DNA from: Ranitomeya imitator
Lineage: Eukaryota
Reading direction: 5' to 3'
DNA length: 64,000 nucleotides
Assembly (NCBI RefSeq): GCF_032444005.1
Contig: NC_091282.1
Coordinates: 554,404,001-554,468,000 of the forward strand
The position numbers and the translations under genes are program-made. Numbering within the stretch: position 1 is the first letter of the stretch; the number at the start of each line of letters is the position of its first letter. The notes beneath the pieces are model-generated. The model saw only the letters and a list, made by a program, of their open reading frames with translations, was not told where the DNA came from and did no database searches. Below are positions 11,021 through 24,000 of this stretch, in pieces.

Positions 11021-12590
11021 GATCCGCATCAGTGGGGAGACCTGGGTATAGGGGGCATCTGTGGAGTTCTGCATCAGTGATCCGATCTGGGGAGACCTGG
11101 ATATAGGGGGCATCTGTGGAGTTCTGCATCAGTGATCCGATCTGGGGAGACCTGGATATAGGGGGCATCTGTGGAGTTCTGCATCAGTGATCCAATCTGG
11201 GGAGACCTGGATATAGGGGGCATCTGTGGATTTCTGCATCAGTGATCCGATCTGGGGAGACCTGGATATAGGGGGCATCTGTGGAGTTCTGCATCAGTGA
11301 TCCGATCTGGGGAGACCTGGATATAGGGGGCATCTGTGGAGTTCTGCATCAGTGATCCAATCTGGGGAGACCTGGATATAGGGGGCATCTGTGGATTTCT
11401 GCATCAGTGATCCGATCTGGGGAGACCTGGATATAGGGGGCATCTGTGGAGTTCTGCATCAGTGATCTGATCTGGGGAGACCTGGATATAGGGGGCATCT
11501 GTGGAGTTCTGCATCAGTGATCCGATCTGGGGAGACCTGGATATAGGGGGCATCTGGGGGGACCTGCATTGGTGATGTATGAATGGTCAGATATGTGGAG
11601 TTCTGCATCAGTGATCCGATCTGGGGAGACCTGGATATAGGGGGCATCTGTGGAGTTCTGCATCAGTGATCCAATCTGGGGAGACCTGGATATAGGGGGC
11701 ATCTGTGGAGTTCTGCATCAGTGATCCGATCTGGGGAGACCTGGATATAGGGGGCATCTGTGGAGTTCTGCATCAGTGATCCAATCTGGGGAGACCTGGA
11801 TATAGGGGGCATCTGTGGATTTCTGCATCAGTGATCCGATCTGGGGAGACCTGGATATAGGGGGCATCTGTGGAGTTCTGCATCAGTGATCCGATCTGGG
11901 GAGACCTGGATATAGGGGGCATCTGTGGAGTTCTGCATCAGTGATCCGATCTGGGGAGACCTGGATATAGGGGGCATCTGTGGAGTTCTGCATCAGTGAT
12001 CCGATCTGGGGAGACCTGGATATAGGGGGCATCTGGGGGGACCTGCATTGGTGATGTATGAATGGTCAGATATGTGGAGTTCTGCATCAGTGATCCGATC
12101 TGGGGAGACCTGGATATAGGGGGCATCTGTGGAGTTCTGCATCAGTGATCCAATCTGGGGAGACCTGGATATAGGGGGCATCTGTGGAGTTCTGCATCAG
12201 TGATCCAATCTGGGGAGACCTGGATATAGGGGGCATCTGTGGAGTTCTGCATCAGTGATCCGATCTGGGGAGACCTGGATATAGGGGGCATCTGTGGAGT
12301 TCTGCATCAGTGATCCGATCTGGGGAGACCTGGATATAGGGGGCATCTGTGGAGTTCTGCATCAGTGATCCGATCTGGGGAGACCTGGATATAGGGGGCA
12401 TCTGGGGGGACCTGCATTGGTGATGTATGAATGGTCAGATATGTGGAGTTCTGCATCAGTGATCTGATCTGGGGGGACCTGCATCTGTGGAGTTCTGCAT
12501 AAATGATCTGATCTGGGGGGACCTGCATAGGTGATCTGTATGAATGGTCAGATGTGTGGAGTTCGGCATTGGTGATCCGATCTGGGTATC
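11021..12590. repeat. 55-bp minisatellite (~28 units) in KLF2 intron 1
   Basis: Unit gatccgatctggggagacctggatatagggggcatctgtggagttctgcatcagt. Variant units at ~11550, ~12030 and ~12400; identical ORFs 479 bp apart show a higher-order duplication. Confidence 0.95.
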
Positions 12591-12747
12591 TAAGTTCCAT
12601 TACAATCAGTTTTAATGCTGACCATCTGTGCCTGCTCGACTTGTGCTGCAGGTGTATAACGTTAAATCATATGATGTGTGAACACTGCACTCCTTCATGC
12701 ACTGTTTAGTCTTACTATATTTGTTCCTTTTTTTTTTTTTTTTGCAG

Positions 12748-13642
12748 AAATGGAAGAGTGTTTATGAATCCAAGTCTTTACATACCATCCTTAACGTCCA
12801 TGATGTGATGGACAATGCAGATCCCTTTGATGCCAAGAAAGATGATGAAGATTTGCATGACGTTCTAGAGTTCGTGCTGTCCATGGGTGATGGCAAGAGT
12901 GACCAGATCTGTGGAGATTATTCCCTGACTACTGCTGACGTATGCTCTTATTACCAAACAACCCCTTCTCCAGGGGGCTACAACGCAGATCACAGCCCAC
13001 CACCTTATAGTTCATCTAGTCTTGTGACTGAGTTTATGCGACCTGCCATGGACACCTACTGTCAAGCAAACAGAATTCCAGGGAGGGTTTTTGTGAGTCA
13101 AAACTTTGATTTTCCAGACACCATTAAAACCGAACCACCAATGGACTCATATGGACCTATAATGGGCTTGGTACCTCAGTCCTGTCCCAAAATCAAGCAG
13201 GAAGGTAGCGCTGCTTGCATGATGGCATATGACCAGCCAAGACTGGCAAACTCTCCTCAGATGGGAGGCAGTGACATTCCACCACAGACCCCAGATGACT
13301 TGCTGATGAATAACTGTCCAACACAATTAATGTGCCATCCAGCAATGCCATACAGCCATGGTTACCATAATGCAGCAGCTTTCCATCATCCACCTTCCAA
13401 CCAGTATCACGGAACGTCACAATTTGGCATGTTTGAGGACAGTTTGTCTATGCAGTTGTCTGCTGCTAGAGGGGTCACAACTCCTCCATGTTCTCCTTTG
13501 GAAATTCTGGATTCCAAACCAAAGAGGGGACGAAGATCATGGCCCAGAAAGCGAACAGCTACACATACCTGCTCATATGCTGGCTGTGGAAAGACGTACA
13601 CCAAAAGCTCTCATCTCAAGGCTCATCTAAGGACCCATACTG
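12748..13642 (+). CDS. KLF2: Kruppel-like factor 2, exon 2 (activation region, basic NLS, zinc finger 1)
   Basis: Polypyrimidine tract plus CAG acceptor at 12747. Encodes [15 protein letters not shown] and [43 protein letters not shown]. Donor GTAGGT at 13643, phase 1. Confidence 0.96.
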
Positions 13643-13869
13643 GTAGGTAGTAATTTATATTGCCACTAATGTTGTCCTGTCCTAGATCCACTGGGCCATT
13701 GATTGTTTTTAAAAATGTAAAATATATATATATATATATATATCTCTCATTATATGTTTAGTTTGGGAATCCCATAGAAATTGTTATTAATCAGGTCAGG
13801 CCAAATGTTTATGTCCATTTACATCTGGTTAGCTGCATGATTGATGGTTGGGGATTAGAAACTAATTAA

Positions 13870-14064
<195 letters not shown>

Positions 14065-15013
14065 CTCTTGGACTAAAGCAATTCAGTATGGCACATGTAC
14101 TGTTCCTGTGAACTGATTTGGGGCATACTACAGCTGGTACCGCACGGGCGCATAGAAGTCCCTCTGGATCTCTAGCGGACCGTGCAAGGAAAAACTTGAC
14201 TTCTAGACAATGAAGGCTGGACCTAGTATAACTTGAACTTGCACATTAACTGGAACACCTCTGTAGATGGGGTTATTTAGACACCTCTATAGATAAATCT
14301 GAAATAGTTGATTGTTAACCCTTTGCAGGCTTTAATAGCAGCAAACAGCATTTCACAGGGCATTGATTGTTAAACATGGAGAAAATGAGTGTAGCTATTG
14401 CATTGTGTGATGCAGTATAGCTCTACGTATTTGACATCTTCTGAATTTTTTTTAATCCAGCGCCTATTGATCCCAGGTCCAGGCACTACAATGCATTTCT
14501 GCCCTCATGGGATCAGATGTTAATCGCTGTAATGTTTTGTGAGCTGGGTAAGGTTTTTCAGAAGAAAATTACATTGGAAATTAACGTGCAATGCAGTGAA
14601 TGTATCTTCTGACATTCCATAGTTTAACTCGATTGTAACTGCCTACTACAAGACAATGTTTGTATGAAACTGCCATATCTTGATGTTACTTGACAGAATA
14701 AACTCGCATATTCGATGGTGTTCTGTTAAATATAGGGATTGCATTAGGACTTTTTTTTTTTTTTTTTTTCTTCCCGTGGAATATTTTATATAAAGAGTAT
14801 TTGCAATGTTACACTATTAAAAACTGCAGGGCTAGAGGTCCTGCCTGAAAAAAAAATATCCTTTTTATATTAAGTATTTATGTAATTATGCAGACTTGTA
14901 AATACAGTTGTACAGTGTACATATGGTGACAAATGGCTTTTTGCTATTTTCTTTGTTTAAAATGTTGGAACAACTTTTCCATTTGTTGTGTTTTTTTTTT
15001 TTTTTTTTTTATA

Positions 15014-15019
15014 AATAAA
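15014..15019 (+). terminator. Probable KLF2 polyadenylation signal
   Basis: AATAAA ~950 nt after the stop, at the end of an AU-rich 3' UTR, with a GT/T-rich tract downstream. Confidence 0.7.
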
Positions 15020-16377
15020 AGTTGAATTAAAAGAACCAGTTGTCTGTTTTTAAATCTATATGAATTGGGGCACGGGTGGGTGGCGAGACTTCATTTAGCT
15101 AAAGGTCATAATTTCTAACATACTTGAAATACACACATGCTAGCCACCTTAGGGAGAGACCCAAGTTGGGCTAATTTCTAACATACTTGAACAATTTTGA
15201 ACATTGTTCTTTTCTTTCATTAGGTTGTAAAGCTACAGATTAAACAATTTACACAAAAGGAATTGTGGCTGTCAATTCGTGATTCACTTACACTAAAAAG
15301 CTGAATCCCCAATGTGTGATTGGTGAAGTGTAACTACTCAAATCTTCCCAATACCAGTGTCTAAATATCGCCACCTGCTGCTTATGTTGGAGTACTGCAT
15401 TTAGAGCTGATCATTCGTCATGCAGCTTGTGATATAGTAAAAAAAGGTACTTTTTTTTTTAATTTTATTGAAATGAGTCATTCAAAGCTACCTAGCTGAG
15501 TCACTAAAACAATTACTTTGATTTTTCTATAGCAATGTTTGATACGCCACCTGTGTCAAACTGCATGGGTATGAAATGGATCACAATTCCTGTATTTTAC
15601 AGTATTTTGTGTTGCCATTTACTATTTGGCCACATTTACACTGTCAGTATTTTACTGCAATACAGTATTTATAAGCCAAAACCAGGAGTGGGTGAAAACT
15701 ACACAAGTGGTGTAAGTGTTTCTATTTTTCACACAATCCTCGTCTTGGCTTACAAATCCTACGGTAGCAATGTTTGTGGTGAGGGTTTGTGCCGCATTGA
15801 GTCCGATACATGCCCTGACATGGATGTGCCACATTTACACACCTGTTTGTGTTTTTTTTTTAATTTTTTTATTTTAATTTCGCATGTATCCATTAGTCCA
15901 TGGGCATGTTTTACATGTGTCCTCGATTTGTGCTAAATAGTTTCCAACACCACAGATGGCCATGTTTTGTTTTTGATCCAGTTTGTTGATCACACTTGCC
16001 CACTTTAAGTGAATTGGTCCAAGTGTTTTTTGCACCAAATTCAAAATGGTGTGTGTGTGTTTCTTCAATTATGTTTGTAAAGTGGAAAATTCACTTAAAT
16101 TTTAATTTCTTTGAGTCCTCAGGCCCCACACAAGGGTTAATTAGACTTGATCTGCCTTGATTGAAAAGACATTAATTAGCCGAATATCCAATCATACCCC
16201 TTTACAAATATATTACCAAAGTGAGGTATGTTGTTACAGTGAATAAAAACATGGAAGAAATGTTCTTGAGAACTCAAAGAAAATTTCAGGTAAAACTTCC
16301 ACTTCATCATGCACAAAGGACTTGGAAATCAGTAAAAAAAAAAAAAACCTGACATAAAGCGTGTGCATGCAGATTAC

Positions 16378-16815
16378 CTCTGCAGCAGCCATCTTGGGCA
16401 ACCCAGCAGCCTGAGCTTAGCTCTGTAGTTGCCATCTTGTGCCACCCAGCAGCCCGAGCTTACCTCTGTAGTTGCCATCTTGCGCCACCCAGCAGCCCGA
16501 GCTTACCTCTGTAGTTGCCATCTTGCGCCACCCAGCAGCCCGAGCTTACCTCTGTAGTTGCCATCTTGGGCCACCCAGCAGCCCGAGCTTACCTCTGTAG
16601 TTGCCATCTTGCGCCACCCAGCAGCCCGAGCTTACCTCTGTAGTTGCCATCTTGCGCCACCCAGCAGCCCGAGCTTAGCTCTGTAGTTGCCATCTTGCGC
16701 CACCCAGCAGCCCGAGCTTACCTCTGTAGTTGCCATCTTGCGCCACCCAGCAGCCCGAGCTTACCTCTGTAGTTGCCATCTTGGGCCACCCAGCAGCCCG
16801 AGCTTACCTCTGCAG
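16378..16815. repeat. 43-bp minisatellite (~10 units)
   Basis: Unit gcccgagcttacctctgtagttgccatcttgcgccacccagca; gccacccagc recurs at 16441 and 16484. Confidence 0.93.
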
Positions 16816-17869
16816 CAGCTATTTTTCATCATGGAGTGGTGCAATGCTGCTATCCTGTCACAGGCTTGAAAAACATTGAATCCAGGAGTCACTGGTGATG
16901 TAGTAGTGTCTAATGAACAACTCCCGATATAACGCCCACTTGGTAACATCGTAGTGGCTGGGGGGCCAACAAAACGCACAGTATATGGCCACTGTAATCA
17001 GGATGCAGTCAGATGTGATTATCGTCCATGTTACATGGCCATCTGACTGCACCCTTAGGGACAGTAGATAGCCCCCTGTATAGAGGGCTGGTGTTCAATA
17101 CTGCTCGCCTTGGTAGTATATTTGTAGAGGGGGGTATGATTGGATAATTGGCTCAATTTTTATGAATTGCTAATTAATGTCTGCTATTCAGGCAGACAAA
17201 GTGTGGAGATTGGAGTACATTTGCTTCAAATTTTGTGACTTATTTAAAACTCATAATTGATGAATTAGTCAAATATCTGGAAACCCCTTTGACCACCCAC
17301 AAAGATGAAAATCAGGCAAAAAAAAAGAAGCAAAAACTAAAAGCTTGGAACCTTGCTTAATATTTGTAGGTTCTATTCCGCAGAATAATTATTATACAAC
17401 TAGCATAGAGGATCACTTTAAAATATAACTTTAATCTTCATAAAAATCACATAGCATGACCCCCATTCCAATGTGAATAATAAAAAAAATAGCATCCCTG
17501 AGATATATACATCAAGACACATCACATCATGTAAACTCAGTCAGATATGATTAGTCAACAAAAAGACCCATAAAGGGACTATTAGTTCCTAAATACGCAA
17601 AGTAGGATGTATCACACGTAAAGTGTCATTGCACATAGAAAGTCAAAAAACATGTGCAGCTCTTAACTATTGGAGCCATAGGGATGTCAGATTTCAAGGG
17701 TTTTCACCTGCAGTGGTAGACCTGATCAGATTTCTCTACCCTGTCATGCCCCTTGTATTAGCTCTCGCTCTATCAAAGGCAGTATCCAAGTACCCTAGGG
17801 AGGGATCATTTCTGGGGTGTACAACATGAGAGCTACACTTGGATACTTCCCTTGTTGATATGTCCTGAT

Positions 17870-18152
17870 TAGTGATGAGGAACATGCTTGTTGAGCGCAT
17901 GCTCGTGTGCGAACCGAGTGCTCGAATAATTGAATATGTTTGAGTCTCCGTCGCTGCATGTCCCATGGCTGTGCGACATCTGCAACACATGCAGGGATTG
18001 CCAAACAGGAAAGCCATGCATGTGTTGTGGCTGTTAAACACCCCCAAGGCATGCAGCCGAGGGGACTCTAGTATTATTTGAGCACGCCGAAGACACTCAG
18101 CACACAAGCATACTCTGATATCACCTTATCCCAGAACGTTCACTCATCACTA
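17870..18152. mobile_element. hAT-type MITE
   Basis: TIR tagtgatgag / ctcatcacta with a perfect 8-bp TSD GTCCTGAT (17862-17869, 18153-18160). Confidence 0.85.
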
Positions 18153-18682
18153 GTCCTGATGGATACTGTATATCTACGATATCATGGGGGCTATTTGTTG
18201 ATTATTCATATCGGACTGGGGTCAAGCTATGTACATAGATTTTTATTAAGATTATTAAAAGTGATATTTTAAAGGCATCCTCTATGCTAGTTATATAGAA
18301 AACAAACTTGACAAATGGTGAAAATATAATAATGAACTTGGCCTTGAGATCTCAGGTCGGGGCATGTTAACAATGTTTCAGTAGGCTGCACTGGTGTTAT
18401 TCTATAACACTGACAAGTGCATGTTGCTGGCACCTCATGCTTTTGATTGCTTGCTTTCTCCATGTAATTTTCAACACTTTACCTGTTAAACAACATGTAT
18501 TGAATTGGGGGTCTCCAGCTAAAATAAGTTATTGCCTATCAAGAGGACATGCTGATCAGATAGAAAAATGTTTATCACTGTCACAAAATGGAGTGCCAGG
18601 TCAGATGCCCTGTTGATGCTCCATTCCTTCCCTATGGGGCTGCTGGAAACAGCAGTTGAGCAGTTGCACTGCTTCATTCTAA

Positions 18683-19001
18683 GGCTCAGTTCACATTTGC
18701 GTTGTGCGCCGCTGCATCGGCGACGCAACGCACAACGCAAATAAAAACGCACCAAAACGCACGCTAAAACGCTGCGTTTTGCGATGCATGCGTCCTTTTT
18801 TGCCAAATTTTGGACGCAAAAAAAATGCATCTTGCTGCGTCCTCTGCGCCCTGACGTGTGCGGCAAAAAAAACGCATGCATCGCAAAACGCAGCACAACG
18901 CATGTCCATGCGCCCCCATGTTAAATATAGGGGCGCATGACGCATGCGTCGCCGCGGCTGCGCCCGACGCAGCCCGGCGGAACGCAAATCTGAACGTAGC
19001 C
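18683..19001. mobile_element. PIF/Harbinger-type MITE
   Basis: TIRs ggctcagttcacatttgcg / cgcaaatctgaacgtagcc, TAA TSDs, palindromic interior. Confidence 0.75.
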
Positions 19002-20244
19002 TAAGTGAAGAATCAGACTGCTGTATATCTCGGACGAGGATCACATCGCTTTACTTGGACTGGCCGTCGACTCTCCAAACCCGAGCGTGACAGCATGTAT
19101 TTCTATTCAGCTGTCATGCTAGGAGAATTCGCGGCCAGTCCAAGCATTGTGCTGCGATCCTTCCCCTTGTTATACTGCCGTCTGACTCTTCCCTAATGGG
19201 GATAAATATTCCCCGCTCTGCTGATTGTTGTAGGTCACAGCGGTTGGACCTCCAACAAATTATCACCTATCATGCAGATAGTGATATATTGCTTTCACTG
19301 GGCAACCCTTTTATATACTGTGCTAAACAGAGCCCATGTGGAGGGTGGAAGGTTCATTGCTGTACAAGGGTCCACCAGGTGATTCACCTGATCCCCTGGT
19401 GGCCAGTCTGTGCTTGTATAGCTGGCAGCATATTCCTCAACTGGGCTATGTTGAACAATACGGTGGATGTTGTACTAATGTGTTTGCCTTATTCAACATT
19501 TGATTGATGTGTTAGGGATAATATACATTTGACAAAGCACTAATAGCCCTGCATTGTGTTAATATCAGGCAAATTATCTCATTGTGTAGGCTAGTTTTAA
19601 GGCACATCCGCACAGGATGCAAATGCTGCATGTTCTTTGTAGCTATGCCCTCCATTTTGACATAGCATACAATACAATAAATCCTTGCATGAGCACTACA
19701 CGCAGTATTATAATGTTTTAATTCATATTAAAATGATGACCAAAGGCCACGGTAATTTTCAAGATCAGTTTATCCAAGAAGCCCAGGTTTTATGCATGCT
19801 ATCATATTATGCTTTTTCCTAGACGTATGGATGCTACATTAGGGCTCTGAGTGATCACGCACAACCGTCTGCAGGAGGCCTTAAACTGATAAAGTATTTT
19901 TAAAAGATTCCTTTTGGTAACATCTTATTTTTGCTTTGCAATTTAACTCCTTTGCTCCGAAGCTTGTTTTCACCTTCCTGACCAGGCCAAATTTTACAAT
20001 TCTGATCAGTGTCAGTTTATGAGGTAATAACACTGTAAGGCCGACGTCACACTAGGCGTAAGTAAATATGGTCCGTTTTTTTTACGGCCGTAATACGCAG
20101 TAATTATCCCAAAACACTGATCCGTATTCAATGCAAGGATGCGATTTTTACGCACAAATTTATCCGTGTGTCATCCGTATGGCTTCCGTACGGCGATATC
20201 ATGGATCCATCGGCTCAAATATTCTTAAAACCATAAGGTATACA

Positions 20245-20285
<41 letters not shown>

Positions 20286-20288
<3 letters not shown>

Positions 20289-21093
20289 ATAATATAACTG
20301 TGGGAGCGTCACTCTGTCCGAAGCCTTTATAGACTGCGCAAGTGCGACGCTCCTAGCGTTAGATTATAGTCTGTGTCCGTATTCTAGAAAAAAAAATGGC
20401 ACCGGAAAGCGCGGACTGCGCAGGCGCCGATTCCGGGAGCATGGGGACATTTATGAACCGTAAACAGGGGACGTGGGGACATGATCCCGCCCTCATGATG
20501 CTGTGGCAGTTCATGCCACCTGATTCCGGGCCATGAATGTCCCCCTGCTCCCGGAGGGAATCGGCGCCTGCGCAGTCTGCACTTTCCGGCGCCATTTTCT
20601 TGGATACTGCAGTGTGTCTTCAAGAAAATGGCGCCGGAAAGCGCGAACTGCGCAGGTGCCGATTCCTGTGAGATACGCACACGTTTACTCAGGTTCTATT
20701 TTATACGAGCACCACATCACAACATGGCAGCAGCACATACCAGGATGGGGACGTAGGATGACAGCACCACATCACAAAACGGGGGAGAAGGATGGGAGCA
20801 GCACACGACAGGATGGAGGCGCAGGATAGAAGCAGCACATGACATAATATGAGCATCACATAACAGAATGACAACATGCAGACGCACAAAACAGGATAAG
20901 ACCACAGGATAGGGGCTGCACATGACAGAAAATGAGCGCAGGATAAGAGCAGCATATGACAGGATGGAGGTGCAAGATGGTAGCAGCACATAACAAAGTT
21001 AGGGCACAGGATGGAAGCAGCACATACCAGGATGGAGAACATATACCAATATAAATGCTCGCCACCCGGGCGTAGAACGGGTTCAATAGCTAG
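20286..21093 (+). mobile_element. Non-autonomous Helitron with internal minisatellite
   Basis: 5' TC after A; 3' hairpin acccg...cgggt (21064-21082) followed by CTAG (21090-21093) then T; inserted in (TA)n without a TSD. Degenerate ~20-bp repeats at ~20700-21040. Confidence 0.75.
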
Positions 21094-24000
21094 TATATAT
21101 ATGTGTCAGTGAGACACACACATATATATATATATATTTATTTAATTCAGCGCTAGATAGGAAAAGCCGCCAATTGAATTACCGGCTTTTCTGCTATCTC
21201 CTTCACAAACCCGACAGGATATGAGACATGGTTTACATACAGTAAACCATCTCATATCCCTTCTTTTATTACATATTCCTCTTTAGTAATGTAAGAAGTG
21301 TCTTTGTGTCAAATTTGGGGTCTCTAGCTATTAAATTAAAGGGTTAAATCCCGGAAAAAATTGGCGTGGGCTCCCGCACAATTTTCTCCGCCAGAGTGGG
21401 AAAGCCAGTGACTGAGGGCAGATATTAATAGCCTAGAGAGGGACCATGGTTATAGGACCCCCCCATGGCTAAGAACATCTGCCCCCAGCCACCCCAGAAA
21501 AGGCACATCTGAAAGATGCGCCTATTCTGGCACTTAGCCTCTCTCTTCCCACTCCCCTGTAGAGGTGGGATATGGGGTAATGAAGGGTTAATGTCACCTT
21601 GATATTGTAAGGTGACATTAAGCCAGGTTAATAATGGAGAGGCGTCAATTATGACACCTATCCATTATTAATCCAATAATACGAAATGGTTAATAAAACA
21701 CACATTATTAAAAAATATTTTAAAGAAATAAAGACACATGGTGTGTTAATATTTTTTTATACTCTTAATCCAACTGAAGACCCTTGTCACCTGAAACAAA
21801 GTTAAAAATTAGCTCTGCTAATGCAGCTGTGCTCCTGACTGTAAAACTTGGTGAATGAATGGAATGCAGGGGAATGTACTGTAGTTACCTCGAGTCGTGG
21901 TGATGCGCCCTCTGCTGGATGAACTCATATGAACTCGAGCCTGGGAACTTTTCAGAATATTTTCCCACACTCGAGTTCATATGAGTTCATCCAGCAGAGG
22001 GTGCATCACCGCGACTCGAGGTAACTACAGTACATTCCCCTGCATTCCATTCATTCACCAAGTTTTACAGTCAGGAGCACAGCTGCATTAGCAGAGCTCC
22101 TGGGTGTAAAATGATTTAACCCCTTCGGATGGATTTACAGCGTGGGACAAGACTGTAATGACGGAAGGTATGGAATATTGTTGTTTGTTTTTTATGACCC
22201 AGCCTATTTTGACCTTAATGACCTGGCCGTTTTTTGCAATTCTGACTAGTGTCACTTTATGAGGTAATAACTCGGGAACGCTTCAACGGATCCTCGCGGT
22301 TCAGAGATTGTTTTTTTGTGACATATTGGGCTTCATGTTAGCGGTAAATTTTGGTCGATAATTTTTGCGTTTATTTGTGAAAAAAAATGGAAATTTGGCG
22401 AAAATTTTGAAAACTTCGCAATTTTCAAATTTTGAATTTTTATTCTGTTAAACGAGAGAGTTATGTGACACAAAATAGTCAATAAATAACATTACCCACA
22501 TGTCTACTTTACATCAGCACAATTTTGGAAACAAAATTTTTTTTTGCAAGGAAGTTATAAGGGTTAAAATTTGACCAGCGATTTCTCATTTTTACAACAA
22601 AATTTCCAAAACCATTTTTTTAGGCACCACCTCACATTTGAAGTCAGTTTGAGGGGTCTGTATGGCTGAAAATACCCAAAAGTGACACCATTCTAAAAAC
22701 TGCACCCCTCAAGTTGCTCAAAACCACATTCAAAAAGTTTATTAACCCTTCAGGTGCTTCACAGCAGCAGAAGCAACATAGAAGGAAAAAATGAACATTT
22801 AACGTTTTAGTCACAAAAACGATCTTTTAGCAACAATTATTTTATTTTCCCAAGGGTAAAAACAGAAACTGGACCATAGAAGTTATTGTACAATTTGTCC
22901 TGAGTATGCCGATATCCCATATGTGGGGGGGAACTACTGTTTGGGCACACGACAGGGCTCGGAAGGGAAGGAGCGCCATTTGACTTTTTCAATGAAAAAT
23001 TGGCTCCAATCTTTAGCGGACACCATGTCGCGTTTGGAGAGCCCCTGTGTGCCTAAACATTGGAGCTCCCCCACAAGTGATCCCATTTTGGAAACTGGAC
23101 CCCCAAGGAGCTTATCTAGATGCACAGTGACCACTTTGAACCCCCAGGTGCTTCACAAATTGATCCGTAAAAATGAAAAAGTACTTTTTTCACAAAAAAT
23201 TTCTTTTAGCCTCAATTCTTTCATTTTCACATGGGCAACAGGATATAATGGATCCTAAAATGTGTTGGGCAATTAACCTGAGTACACCGATACCTCATAT
23301 GTGGTCACAAACCACTGTTTCTGCACACGGCAAGGGTCGGAAGGGAAGGAGCGCCATTTGACTTTTGAATGAAAATTAGTTCCAATCGTTAGCGGACACC
23401 ATGTCGTGTTTGGAGAGCCCCTGTGTACCTAAAGATTGGAGCTCCCCCACAAGTGACCCCATTTTAGAAACTAGACCCCCGAAGGAACTTATCTACATGC
23501 ATAGTGAGCACTTTGAACCCCCAGGTGCTTCACAAATTGATCCGTAAAAATGAAAAAGTACTTTTTTTTCCCACAAAATATTTCTTTTAGCCACAATTTG
23601 TTTATTTCTATATGGGCAGCAGGATAAAATGGATCCTAAAATTTATTGGGCAATTTCTCCTGAGTACACTGATACCTCACATGTGGGGTAAACCACTGTT
23701 TGGGCACACGGCAGGGCTCGGAAGGGAAGGAGCGCCATTTGAGTTTTTGAATGAAAAATTAGCTCCAATCGTTAGCGGACACCATGTCGCGTTTGGAGAG
23801 CCCCTGTGTGCCTAAACATTGGAGCTCCCCCACATGTGACCCCATTTTGGAAACTAGACCTCCCATGGAACTAATCTAGATGTGCGGTGACCACTTTAAA
23901 CCCCCAAGTGCTTCACAGAAGTTTATAACGCAGACCTGGGAAAAAAAAAAATCATTTTTCTTTCCTCAAAAAATATTTTTTAGCCTGCAATTTTTTATTT

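Noticed and set aside
11021-12590. CRISPR-like appearance of regular arrays (also 16378-16815 and 43170-44235)
   Set aside because: The units are head-to-tail with no unique spacers, there are no cas genes, and the context is vertebrate.
10761-12600. Multiple minus-strand ORFs (MPPISRSPQIGS...)
   Set aside because: They are translations of the 55-bp tandem repeat, with no protein-like features.
12697-12747. N-terminal [17 protein letters not shown] of the 317-aa ORF as the KLF2 start or a signal peptide
   Set aside because: It is the translated polypyrimidine tract of intron 1; the true start is exon 1 at 10891.
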